Shown here piece after piece: positions 26,079 through 38,482 of a stretch of DNA of 64,000 nt (the stretch's first letter is position 1; every line of letters starts with the position of its first letter). The position numbers were made by a program, and so were the translations under genes. The notes beneath the pieces were generated by a model. The model was given only the letters and a program-made list of their open reading frames with translations, was not told the DNA's origin and made no database searches. Source of the DNA: Chlorokybus atmophyticus (Eukaryota; Plantae; Mesostigma and Chlorokybus algae); contig RHPI01000008.1 in assembly GCA_009103225.1 (NCBI GenBank), positions 300,015 through 364,014 of the forward strand, written 5' to 3'.

Positions 26079-29000
26079 ATGGAGGATGCTCGCATGGAAG
26101 AGCTTCAAGCTGCCATCTTAGCATTGAGGGAAGAGCTTCATCACACTCAAGCGGCGGCACAAGCACAATGCGAGGCGTATGAGCATGCGATGGCGCGTGT
26201 GCAAGTTCCCATGGCATCAAGCTCGCGCGTGCATGTGAAGGTGCCAAAGCCCAAGCCATTCAAAGATCAACGTCATGGAGATGAAGTAGATGAATGGATC
26301 TTTCAAGTGTCGTCTTGGTTGAAGCTCACGGAGGCGCCCACGCATCTGCATGTGGAGGTTGCAGCGACAGTGCTTGAAGGTGCAGCACTTGTATGGTGGA
26401 GACATCGCTGTACGCGTGTTGTACGTGGGATGGCACTGCTATTGACCACCAGGAAGAGTTGGCACTAGAGGTTAGGCATCAATTTGTTCCCGTTGAGAGC
26501 GTGAAGGCAGCACGCGACAAGCTTGCAGCCCTTGTGCAAATGGGGTCGGTGATGGCGTACACGGCTGCGTTTCAGCGATTGGTAATGTCCATACCTAATA
26601 TGACCGAGAAGGAGCAGCTGGACAGGTATACACGTGGTTTAAAACCTTTGGGGCGTAAAGAAGTGGAGCTACGGGACCCGAAGACACTCGCGGAGGCTAT
26701 ACGCATCGCGGAGCGTCTGGACGCGTTGTACTTCAAGTCCATCACAAGAAACACTGCCTGGAGGCAAAGGCATGGTGATCAGCCCGGGGGAGGCTTTCAA
26801 CATGTATGGAGACGAGGAGAACCAAGTTCAGCGCTTGCCGATGGAGGTGGAGCTGACTCTGGGCCTGCACCAATGGAGGTGGGTGACATACACACGCGTG
26901 GAAGTCAGGCGAAGCACGACGGACGTGGTGAAAGAAGTAAAGGTGTGCGCGTAAAGTGTTATGCGTGTGGGTCGACTGAGCATTTGGCGTACGGATGCCC
27001 CAAACAAAGCACGCAAAGGCCAACACCGGATGGCAACCCTCGCCGTGATCGTCGCGTCAACACCATGGAGCAAAATGGCGTGGAGCAGGAAAACGACTTC
27101 CCTCAGTAGGTGAGGAGGCTATTGCTGGGGATAGGAAGGAGCCTCATGCACGGACGGATGCTGTGACATTCCCATTAAGGAAGCAAGAGGAGATGGCTAT
27201 GAACACGCCAACGGTGGTGAGTTATGCAAAAAAGGAGACAACAAAGTACTTCGGGCTTCGAGCACACATTTAACCAAGGACGATGGAGAGAGTGTAAGCT
27301 CATGATTGATAGCGGTGCTAACAGCAACTTTATGAGTATTGATATTGCGCAGCGTTACGGTTGGCTTTTGTCATTACGAGGAGGTGAAGTGAAGCTCGCT
27401 GGTGGAGAGCCACCCTCTGGAGGTAATGGCGCTGCGTTTATGACCAAAGAGTTGTGCGTTCGCATTGGGAAGATGAAGGAGAACATGCGATTTTGCTGCA
27501 TCACCCTACGGAACGGGTTTGACGGGATTTTGAGACTACTGTGGCTATGGCAACATAATCCATCCATCAATTGGAGGAAGCGCGTGCTCACCATCGAACG
27601 AAATGGTGGAGAGTCCATTTAAGGTATGCGCGCATGCCGTGTTGAAGGGGAAGATCGCTTTGTGGAAAGCAAGAGAGATTTTGCCATAGCTGCGTCGGAC
27701 GTCATCGAGGCGCGGCACGCACAATCAGGTGGTACGACAATTGCCCAGATCTCTTATGTGCAATCGAGGAAGTTATTGTCTCCACGGAAGGCAAAGGCTG
27801 CATAGTTGTGCGTGGTGCGCGAAAACACTGCAAAGTTAGCACCGGAGCTGAGTGACGATGTTAAGACGGCTACGATAGACCCCGAGGTGTGTAAACTTGT
27901 TAAAGAATACTAAGATATCATGGTGGACGGACTTCCATCTAGTCTACCACCTCCACGGAGCGTAGACCACCGCGTGGAGCTGATTGAGGGCGTGCACAAG
28001 CCACCGTATCGGCCCATATACAAGTTGTCACCTTTGGAGCTGGAAGGAGGCCGAGAGGCAGGTGGCGGACTTGCTGAAAAGAGGCTACTTCAGGCCTAGT
28101 AAGTCCCCTTATGGTGCACCTATTTTGTTTGTACGAAAGAAGAAAGGGAGCTTGCGCATGTGCGTCGACTACCGAGCTCTCAACAACATCACGAAGAGGA
28201 ATTGCTTTCCACTCCCACGTATCGACGAGTTGCTGGAGCAATTGCAAGGTGCGCAGCACTTCACAACACTTGATCTTGCTGAAGGTTATCACCAAATCCG
28301 CATCGCACCCGAGGATGTGGAGCAAACAGCTTTTCACACACGTTATGGGCACTACGAGTGGTTGGTCATGTCCTTCAGACTTACGAACGCGCCGGCAACA
28401 TTTTGAACGCTAATGAACAGCGTTTTTGCTGACTTGATTGGTAAGGGAGTCCTCGTGTACCTCGGCGACATTTTAATGTATGCGAAGACAAAGGAGGAGC
28501 ACGTCGCCCTTCTACGGCGCGTGTTGCAGCGTTTGCGCGAACACAAGTTGTACGCCCAGCTACAAAAGTTCAAATTCTTGCTTCGAGAGGTGGAGTACCT
28601 AGGCCACATCGTGTCGCATGAAGGCATCAAGCCGGACCCCAACAAAGTGCAGCTGGTGCGCGAGTGGGCTTCCCCGACCAACGTAAAGGAGGTGATGTCC
28701 TTTTTAGGCCTTGCGGGGTATTATCGCAAGTTTATCATGGGGTTTTTGCGCATATGTGCTCTTTGATTGCCCTACTCAAGAAGGGAAAGCCTTGGAGCTG
28801 GTCAGCAACAGAGGAACATGCATTTGCTGCGTTGAAGAAGGCGCTGACGCAGGCACCAGTCCTGGCTCACCCCGACATGGAAAAGACATTTATTTTGGCT
28901 TGCGACGCGTCCGACACAGTCGTAGGAGCTGTTTTGCAGCAAGACCATGGCAACGGCCTTCAACCAGTAGCAGTCTTTAACAAGAAGATGAGTGGTGCGG

Positions 29001-30749
29001 AGCTGAATTACCCCGTGCACGAGAAGGAACTTTTGGCGCAAGTAATGGCGCTACGACAATGGCGTTGTTTTCAAGAAGGCAAAAAGTTCGTGCTTGAGAT
29101 GGATCACTCTCCACTGTGGTACTTACAAACACAACCTCATCTAAGTCGCAGACAAGCACGATGGCTGGAGTTCTTTTAAATTTTTGACTTCGATATCAAG
29201 TACAAGCTCGGTACGTCAACTGGTGTTGCTGACGCGCTGAGCCGGCTTAATGCAATTGAGGCACTCGCTCAAGTGCAGCCCGAGTGGACCGACCAGATTC
29301 GGCAAGTGCTTCGTAAAGACACGGAGGGTATGAAAGTGTTGCAAGAGCTGGAAAGTGCAGCTACAGACACAAGTGGGCATTGGTTAATGCACGACAGGCT
29401 GATATGGCACCACGGGCGCTTGTACATCCCCAACGTCGCGCATATCCGCGTGAAGTTGCTGAAGGAAGCTCATGACGTGCCCGTTGCTGGTCACCAAGGG
29501 TTAGAGAGGACTTTGGCAAGCTTGAAACAGCGTTTTTATTGGCGAGAGATGCATCGCGATGTGCGCGACTACGTGGCGTTGTGCGACGCATGCCAAAGGG
29601 TGAAGGCAAGCAACCAAAACCCAGGTGGGTTGCTGCAACCTCTCGCTGTGCCATTGTCCAAGTGGGAGCAAGTTACCATGGACTTTATTACGGGGCTACC
29701 AAAGACAAAGAAGGGTAAGACGCTATACTTGTGTTTGTCGACAAAATCAGCAAAATGGTACGCTTGGCACCATGTGGTGAGTCTTGCACGGCACCGGAGG
29801 CAGCACGCTTGTTCGTGAAGCATGTGTTTCGTTCTCATGGATTACCACGAAGCATTGTGAGTGATCGCGACCCGCGCTTTACAAGTAAGTTTTGGGAGGC
29901 GCTGCATAGTGCACTGGGTACCACACCGAAGTTTAGCACGACATTCCACCCGCAAACTAATGGGCAAACGGAATGGGCCAACCGTGTGATCGAGGACATG
30001 CTGCGTCGCTACGTTAACGCGCGACAAGACAATTGGGCGGAGCTGCTTGAGTTGGTGGAGTTTGCGATTAACAACCACCACAATGCAAGCACAGGTGTCA
30101 CTCCCTTCCTTATGAACTACGGGCAACAACCATTGACACCGTTGACGGCATGGACACCGCGACGACATCACGTGCGTGTGGAGGCAGCTAATGACTTTCT
30201 CACAAAGTGCGCGAACATTAATAAGGCAGCTAGGGAGGCGCTATTGGTGGCACAAAACAGGCAGAAGCAGTACGCGGACGCGCATCGCCGACACATTTCA
30301 GGAAGGCGACATTGTGTTACTCTTCGCGAAGCATGTACAGGTGCGTACGAGAGTTTACAAGCTGAATGAACGCTGGTTGGGACCATTTAAGGTCAGCAAA
30401 GTTATTTCGGACGTGGCGTACAAGCTGGAGCTACCCGACACCATGCGTGTGCACCCCGTTTTTCACGTCTCCCTTCTAAAGGCATATCGAGGACAACCGC
30501 CAAAGACCGCCCCCCGAAGTTGGCACGGATGGTGAACCAGAGTGGGAGGTAGAAGACATCCTTGGTGAGAAGTTTGTACATGGCGTGCGCAAGTTCTTAG
30601 TGCAATGGAAGGGCTATCCATTGCATGAAGCATCCTGGGAGCCAGAGGCACACTTAGCTAATGCTCGAGACGTTGTGCGTGACTATCCTGCTCGACGACA
30701 ACCTCGCGAGCTTCGAGGACGACGCTCACCTAGGGGGGGAGGAGTGTAA
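26079..30749 (+). pseudogene. gag-pol of copy B, frameshifted with stops
   Basis: Gag with CCHC knuckle CYACGSTEHLAYGC (about 26955-27000); protease LMIDSGANSNF; [10 protein letters not shown]...YLGDILMY; RNase H ACDASDTVVGAVL; integrase HHCC and [10 protein letters not shown]; chromodomain EWEVEDILGEKFVHGVRKFLVQWKGY at about 30540-30670. Confidence 0.95.
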
Positions 30750-31416
30750 CAGTCAAGGCCAATTTCGTGATTTTCATGGCCATTTTAGACCTTATTTGTG
30801 AGGTATCATGTTTTTCATAACTTGTGGCGGATATCGGCGAGTTGCGAATCTGTTGTAGGTATCGACCGGCTTAGGGCCAGTCTGGAAGACGCCAGAAAAC
30901 GGAGGGCCAGTCGAGAAGGGGGGCTCGACCAGATTTCTGGAAGGGCCTGGCGCCAAGTAGTATAACTTGACCATATGAGCAGCAAATGAGGAGAACTTTG
31001 GTGCGTCAGAACGGTCTAGAAGTGTACTACAACATCATGCAAGAATATCTTAGCTTCTAGTTCCGTCTAGCGCTAGAATCGTCTAGACAGTAGCATGTGC
31101 AGACTGGTAGGTATAAAAGTGACATTCTACAATTTGCAATACAACCTTTAGCTCCCTAGTTTCTGGTGTGCAAGCTTGGTGGTGGTTAGCAGGGGTTGCT
31201 AGCGTGTGTCCACTAGTGTGTGCTTGCTTGTAAGACGATCCAAGGCGCTACACAAGTCGGTGTGTAGCTTGGAGCGCATGCGCGTGCGTACGCGAGTGGC
31301 GGGGCGCGCGTGTGTGCTTGGCAGAGGGGGCAAGGTTCCGGTGTGAATACCGTGTCTTGGTGAGAGGGTTGTTGATTGGACCAACTCACATGTGACAAGG
31401 CACGAGCACCGTCACA
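30745..31416 (+). repeat. 3' LTR of gypsy copy B
   Basis: Follows the PPT AGGGGGGGAGGAG, ends GTCACA, followed by TSD CATAA. Confidence 0.95.
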
Positions 31417-33014
31417 CATAAAGCCGCTTGCAGGTTCGTGCTTATATATTGTCACAATCTTGCGGCAGCATGCAGTCCAGCAAAGGATAACCGTTATATG
31501 GTAGTTGTTGTACGGCAATAGGGGCCATATTTCCGTACAATCACTACTTACGTACAGATACTGTAGCTACGATCAAGCATAGCGAATAATAACAACTACT
31601 ACATAAAATAATCAGTCTTACAAATTGAAATATCATTTGCATTAACTTGTTGAAATTATGCTAGGCATATGGACAATGGCAACTTGCGTGAAGCCGTTTG
31701 GGCAAGTCAGTCAGCGGAGTGTATGCTGTCATGTAGGTTACTTCGTTGCTGGTTTCAATCACACTGCGATTGAGTAGCTAACTACATGAAGTCACATTCG
31801 ATCGAAGGCCATTTGCATACAATTCAACAATGACAATCTCACCACACTATGCGAGGCATAATGTGGTGTAATTGTCATTGTTGAGTGTGCGGCGCACACT
31901 GCCGTACCATGTCTCATATAGACAATTGGCCTTACATGTTGCCTATGCATCAGATACAACGATATGGTCACTTTGTAACACAAAGCAATCGATGTCAGGC
32001 ATCTTCAATTGGCATAACTACCATCACAACAAATCAAGGCAATAACGCAAAGCACCGTGCACATACAAGCACACCACTCCCTAATCCTGGTTACCGTTGG
32101 GGATTCCAATCGTTTACCTGTTCACACTACGAAAGGCGGTTGTCACAACCAAGTTAGTGACGACATAGTGGAGCAGATCACACATGTTGTAAGCAGCGAA
32201 AACTTTGGTGGTGCCCTCCGCCATAATGACAGTAGAAGATGTCCAGTCCTTGTGCAACATCACACCGTTGTGCATGGTGATTTCGCAGCGTCGTTGCCCT
32301 CTGAGGCCCAATTTAAGTTCTGCACGAGCAAACACCATAGTGTATCTTGTTCAGGCAGTTCAAAGTGGTGCATGCACATGTGTGGTGGGGAGTAATGGCA
32401 AGACTGTCATGGGGTTGTTGTTGTCTATACCGTCGTCCTGTCACACTGTGCAGTTCATGAGTTGTCACATACATGAACGCACGTGCAGGTGCCGTAGCTT
32501 GCCGTACATGCACAGAGTATGAGTCATATTGCACACATGCAATCTGTGCACACATGCGAACAACAATAGTAACACTCAAGCGAGCAAGGAAGGCAACACA
32601 CATACATTACACCAGAAGCCATCACACTACTCTATACCGAGTGACCTATGTGCAATGCAACTTGCGGCATGATGCCGTTGGTGATGTAGGCAGCAGCAGC
32701 AGCAAACACCAACCAACCAACCTGAGTGCACAATGCGGCAACAGTTAGTTAGATAGTAGGGGCTTGGTGGAGTCGAACAGCAAGCACGTGTGTTATGGAA
32801 TGTGTGGTGCTGTGCTGTGCTTGTGCTTGTGCGTTGCTTAGGTACGGACACACTGGTCTTGCTCATCTCATTTTCATTATTGACGATTGATGTGCTCTAC
32901 GCCCGCCCCCTTCCCCGCCACTCGCTCGCTCCAGTTATGCTACGGCGGCTCGTTAGAGTGTTAGTGTTGCGTTGTTAGCGCTGAAAGGCTAGCATGCCTG
33001 CATGATTGACAAGG

Positions 33015-33242
33015 NNNNNNNNNNNNNNNNNNNNNNNNNNNNNNNNNNNNNNNNNNNNNNNNNNNNNNNNNNNNNNNNNNNNNNNNNNNNNNNNNNNNNN
33101 NNNNNNNNNNNNNNNNNNNNNNNNNNNNNNNNNNNNNNNNNNNNNNNNNNNNNNNNNNNNNNNNNNNNNNNNNNNNNNNNNNNNNNNNNNNNNNNNNNNN
33201 NNNNNNNNNNNNNNNNNNNNNNNNNNNNNNNNNNNNNNNNNN
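33015..33242. other. Assembly gap
   Basis: Run of N. Confidence 1.
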
Positions 33243-33412
33243 TTAGTTAGTGGTAGGAGTAGTTAGGACGTGCGTGGCTTAACCCTGTGGTCGAGTTGGT
33301 GTGCTGGTTGACTACTTGCATACTCACGCATACATGCACGAAATGACCGTTTATACACACGCGGGGAGCTGACATAGAGGCTGCGCGCAGGTACAGACTG
33401 CGAGTCTTGCCA

Positions 33413-33630
33413 CTTCTGGTCACCATCTTCATTATACAGCATGAATTTGGTCTCAAGCCCGCCACTACTGCCGACAACAGCAGAATTGTGATACTACTTG
33501 ATGCATTATACTGCACTGCCTTCTGGTCACCATCTTCATTATACAGCATGAATTTGGTCTCAAGCCCGCCACTACTGCCGACAACAGCAGAATTGTGATT
33601 TACTACTTGATGCATTATACTGCACTGCCT
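33413..33630. repeat. ~107-bp near-perfect tandem duplication
   Basis: CTTCTGGTCACCATCTTCATTATACAGC...GCACTGC repeated from 33413 and 33520. Confidence 0.92.
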
Positions 33631-34075
33631 ATCAACTTATGCTGCAGATTCAGCTGTTGGACCGCACAGTTGACATGGCCAACAAACTTTGTTAGCATAA
33701 GAGAAGAAGACACCATGCAAAAAAGACACTGTAACAAGCAATGTGACCAGGACCAAAACAGCCCTTGAAGCACACTACAAATGAATTGAATGGTATAACA
33801 ACAGACACACCTATACAAACTACACAGATACACACATCGTCCTATTCAACCCTGTTGATGTCTACACTGCGAGGGGCTGTTGTTGTCAACAGTCCCTTGC
33901 ACAATAGCAGCTCTAGTCTGCCACACACTTCACTAACAAAAATTGGGGAAACAGCTCCGAAAGCTGCAGGAGCAGGCTGCGGAAAACAACAGCTTGATGA
34001 AGCTGTTTGCGCGGTAAAACCAATACTACAAGGCTGGTCATATCAAAGCTGTCACAGTGAGGCACAAGTTGTGCA

Positions 34076-36205
34076 TCACGGAGCTGATGACCGCGCCTTG
34101 CGACTGTGAACTGTACTCTTGCTGAGTGATGCAGCCACGCAGCGTTGCATGGGGATGCTCTGGATGTGCGCTTGTGAGAAGCAAGCCTGGGAAGTACTAC
34201 GCTGGCTGTAGAAAAGGTCCGCAGAGGACTGTTGCCCGTTAATGGCTTCTGTGCGCCACGATGCTTGGCGTCTTGAGCTAACAACACGCCGCTTGCCAGA
34301 TGTTGAGGCTGCCTTTGACAAACTCTGCAGCTGCGCCACAGTCTTGGCTGTCTGCGAGTCAGCACCCAGATACTTCTGCGCCATGCTGTACAGCGTGTGC
34401 GGATCGCACATGCCTGGGCTGGCAGACATAAAGCTCGTGTACATGTCATAGGTTACGCTGGGCAAAGCTGCGGTTGAGGTCAATGTGCCATCGGTAGTGC
34501 TGTCGGTGCCACACAAGTCTGAGCTGCTCTGGTCTGGTGACAACGCCACTGCATCACTGGTGCTCATTGGTGTGGCTGCCTCCATTGGGCTGCCAGCTTC
34601 ACTGCAGTGGAATGGCATCTCAGGCAGCCAGCCTTGCTTAAAATCACCACTTGGCAGCTCATCAGCGTTGCTTGGCGTTGCTGCCGGCTCAGCAAAAGCA
34701 GTTGGGTCATTGCTGCTGGTGATGAGACCGCGAATGCGTTCATCTACAGACATAATCTTCTTGTAATGCTTATGGAGTACGCCAGCGGGGAATTGAAGCA
34801 CATGCCGCCTGCAAACGGAATTCGCTTTGAAAACCACATCAGCAGCGACGTGATGCCTGCTGACATCCCATCAAGCCAAGAGAGAAACACTTACATGTTC
34901 ACAGTGGCCTGCCCACCAGTGAAGTCTGTTGTTGTCTGCCAGAGGGTATGCTTTCTTGGTTGAGGGTTCGTCTCTTTAAAGAACAGTGGAGGGCGAGCCA
35001 ACTCTAGCTCAATCATTCCAGGCTGGTCCTCAGGCATGTCAACCTTAAAGACACGAAGGTCTGACCATTGCATCTCCAGCTTGCGCTTCAGTGTACCCTC
35101 GAGCAATTCCCAGACAACTTTGCGCTTGGCATAATAAAATTTGCCGACCAGGTCACCTTCATGACATGAAATGCGCTGCACGAGTGTGCCAGCGTCAGAA
35201 ACATCACAGCATTATGCAGACATACTGCAACTGGATGTCTCAGGCAACGATCTGCATCACATTGAGCCAAGGTGAAGTACCTGCCAAGATCCGATTTGCA
35301 GAAGAGTTGCTGGGAAATTAGAGGCCTTCATCTTGCTGTCACACTTGAACTCAACAGCGCTTTGGACAGATGCAGAAACAACTGTGCTCTCAGATATGGC
35401 CTCAAGGATGCGGGGGGCTGGTCGTGTAGTAGGCGCCAATGCAAGGCTTGGAACTGCCACAGCTCTGTAAGGTTGCTCCGCACACTTGTCCTGACTATCC
35501 GAAGGAGGGGGTTCAGTGGCATCTACATCAGTGCCACGCAGCCGGCGATTGACCAAGTCCACCAGTGATGCAGACTTCTTCAGTTGCAAGCCAAGAGGGC
35601 GGAGCATGGGTTCAGTGTCGGGGTCCTGAGAATTGGGCCGATCACCTTGCACCCTTGGGGTGGTTGGGCATAGAGCGTTAAACTCATGCATAGAACTTGA
35701 CTGTATATCACACATGTTGTTCTGGTGCGTAGGCCACAAAGGTTCAGCGGCTGCAATTCCTGTGATGCTCGCTGTGCTGGGCACAGGCATTGCAGCTGCC
35801 GAATACCCTACAAAAACATTATCCTCTATTGAGGCGCCCGCGGTAGCTGCAGACTCGCCTGTTGGAGTAACCTGCGCGTGTTGAGCAAACTCAGCACCTG
35901 AAAGGCCATGAAAGCGCGTGCCATGTGGACAACTGTTATCAACTGCTGACCTGAACAAGCTGCTGCGTGGCCTGAACCGTGCCTGTGCCAATCAGGTCAG
36001 AAGGGCGTTTGTGGCCACGGTCTTTAGCGAATGCAAATGCATTAGAGGCCAGTTGGCTGCAAATTGCAGCATACGGAGGTGGCAGGGAGTAGGAGAATGT
36101 ACAAGGTGGGAAAGGGGGGAGCGGTGGCATCAAAGCTGCTGCACATGGTGGCTGCCAGCTGTGCTTGTCGGCTATCTGAGGTGAGCGGGACACCACAGAC
36201 ACCAT
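34076..36205 (-). CDS. Plant-type TRF2/HOY1 PH-like domain protein (family with the MKASNFP...GDLVAKCYYAK signature)
   Basis: Spliced core: PLGLQLKKSASLVDLV...KMKASNFPATLLQIGSWQ|RISCHEGDLVGKFYYAKRKVVWELLEGTLKRKLEMQWSDL...LARPPLFFKETNPQPRKHTLWQTTTDFTGGQA|RRHVLQFPAGVLHKHYKKI; donors at 35280 and 34894, acceptor at 35176; stop 34076-34078. 5' exons uncertain. Confidence 0.85.
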
Positions 36206-38482
36206 GGCTGCCCTCTATGCCAACTGTCAGCAAACGGCGTCTGGCAACTACTGCCCCTGCACGAAATTGGACGTGGTTTAACAAGAGGACTGGCTACGGC
36301 AGCCAAGACTAAACTGCACTGGGTCGCAAGACTAAACTAGGATGCAACAAGACTGCCATCGAATGGTAATGAAGGTCATAGTATGGGCAACCAGCCACTG
36401 ATATGGGTGATTACAAGCTCGTCACACTCGCTTAACAAGTTGTAACTTGTTGACAACAGTGCTGCTTAAGCGCCGTAAGGACACCCAGCAACAAGCGTCA
36501 CCCTCAGCAAGCTTCAACCCCAGCCACGACTCGATGTTCCAACATACTGTGGCCGTTCCGAGCATGACTTGCTTCTAACCAAGCCTTGGACGATGGCAGC
36601 AAACTGACACTTAACCGACAAAAACTGGTTCGGTGCAACAGGTATGCCGTATTGAGCAACCTTTACATTGTAGCAACGATCGCTACGCTGAACCCAAAAA
36701 GCTGCTTGATGGCACAAAACAAACTCCGAGGAGCCAACTGCGCTAGCACATGTGGCCACCAGAACAACAAGTTCGAGGACTAGCACAGCGCACAACCCCT
36801 CCTAACTTTACTGGCGAAACCTGCACAATTGCCACATACTAGTAGTTCTGCTGATGGACATCATCCAGCCACTCCTGACCTATACAAAGACCAAGAACGA
36901 GCCAGCAACCCCTCAAGAAGGTAGGCAGGCGCAACAGCAGCTACTTCATAGATGACATGTCTGCTCAACAGCTAGCTTCACCAGCGGATACACAGATTGC
37001 CAAACGCATGCCCCTGCTGTGCTGAGCCTGTACGAGTGCCATTGGCAGCGTCCTTAAAATATGTGAGCTCCGCAAGTCTACCTCGGCAGGTCGCCTCAGC
37101 AAAGCAGACAACACCGTAGCGGACGAACCGGCAGCATCTCCACACCAGCCACGGCCAGCAAGCCCGCCACCTGCGACCCTCCACGCCACCCTTAGGCCAC
37201 GACCCACGCTGCCCACCTTCCCGCTCTCAGCGCCACCTCGGCCTGCCCCGCCGCCAACGCTCCCCGCCGCCGCTGCGGCGCGGACGCAGCTGAAAGCTTG
37301 CTGCACGCGTTAACTACGCTTAGGGCAACACATTCTAACGGCGAAGCCTCCTTCGTGGCGCTCGCCTGCAACAACCGTTAAAGCGGCCACGGCCTTCCTC
37401 TGCAATCCCGTCGCACATCTAAAGAACGCGAAGTTTGGCGCGTCGTTACTCGCGGCGGACTAATTTGCGTACCCATACAGGTAACGTCTGTTACGTTAGG
37501 TACTTTTGAAGCGCTAACGTTGTGGAGCTTAGAGGCATGCGCGCCACGTGGTACGTGTGATGATCGCATCCCCTACTGTGCGCGGCGGCGTTTTCCCCTG
37601 CCGTTAGGGACGAAGGAGCCATATTTGCCTCCTCTGCCCGGTTAGGGCTCGTCTGGATGAGCGATTGCTGACGTCGGAAGCAACGCAGTTGTATCAATGC
37701 GGCGACGCGCATAAATCCGACGTGGATTGCATCGACATCATCTATGCATGGCATTGCTAGCAATCACAAGCAATCCACGCACCCGGTGATTCATTGCGAG
37801 GTGAAGCTCTTGTAACCGTAACCGTCACTGTGTCGCCTGATTGAAACCGTAAACGGCGATGTGGGCACCTGCAACCCAGTTAACGAGCAGTTGCAGATGT
37901 CACAATGATGATCTGCTTGCAGGCCGTCCATCGAGTGTCAATAAGTTGATGTTTGTCAAATGCGCTGCTTCAAGTCAACCTTTTGGTGCAGAGTTTGATT
38001 GGACACGCGCTCTGCGGTGAGCAGGCAGCAACGGTTAGGATTGTATTCGGTCGCGACCAGGATACATGTATACAGTATACACTCGACGCCAGAGACCTTG
38101 TGGTATGGCAGATTGCAGCAACTGGACAGCTGCGATGTCTTCTCGATACGTAGTATTGCCGTGATCGACTTGAGCAAGCGGCTGATCGGCAGGCGTGTTC
38201 GTTCGAGGATCACCTGTGTTTGTCGGCGTATTGCAAGCTCTGTCGACGACCATACGGTAGTCAATCAGCAGTGTTCTCAGTCTCGACAGAGTTGAGCGGT
38301 GACAGTTTTCTTTTATTGGCTATGTCGCTCACGCGTGCACATTTCGATACGCGTGAAATGTTTGTCGTCGACATTGCTGATCGGCAGCGTATATCGGTGT
38401 TTGTCAACGGTGTTGAGTTTGAATTGAAACTTGTAATTGGGGTGGGTGGGTTGATGCAGGACGAAGTGGTGTCGTTGTTTGT

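Larger units (their letters stand above)
25320..31416 (+). mobile_element. Ty3/gypsy LTR retrotransposon (chromovirus-like), copy B, same family as copy A, degenerate
   Basis: LTRs 25320-25985 and 30745-31416 (TGT...ACA), TSD CATAA (25315-25319, 31417-31421), PPT 30732-30744, decayed PBS at 25988-25999. Confidence 0.97.

Noticed and set aside
37321-37340. TAG-starting candidates for an Academ left terminus (37321, 37497, 37604, 37643)
   Set aside because: No reverse-complement partner seen downstream of the element genes.
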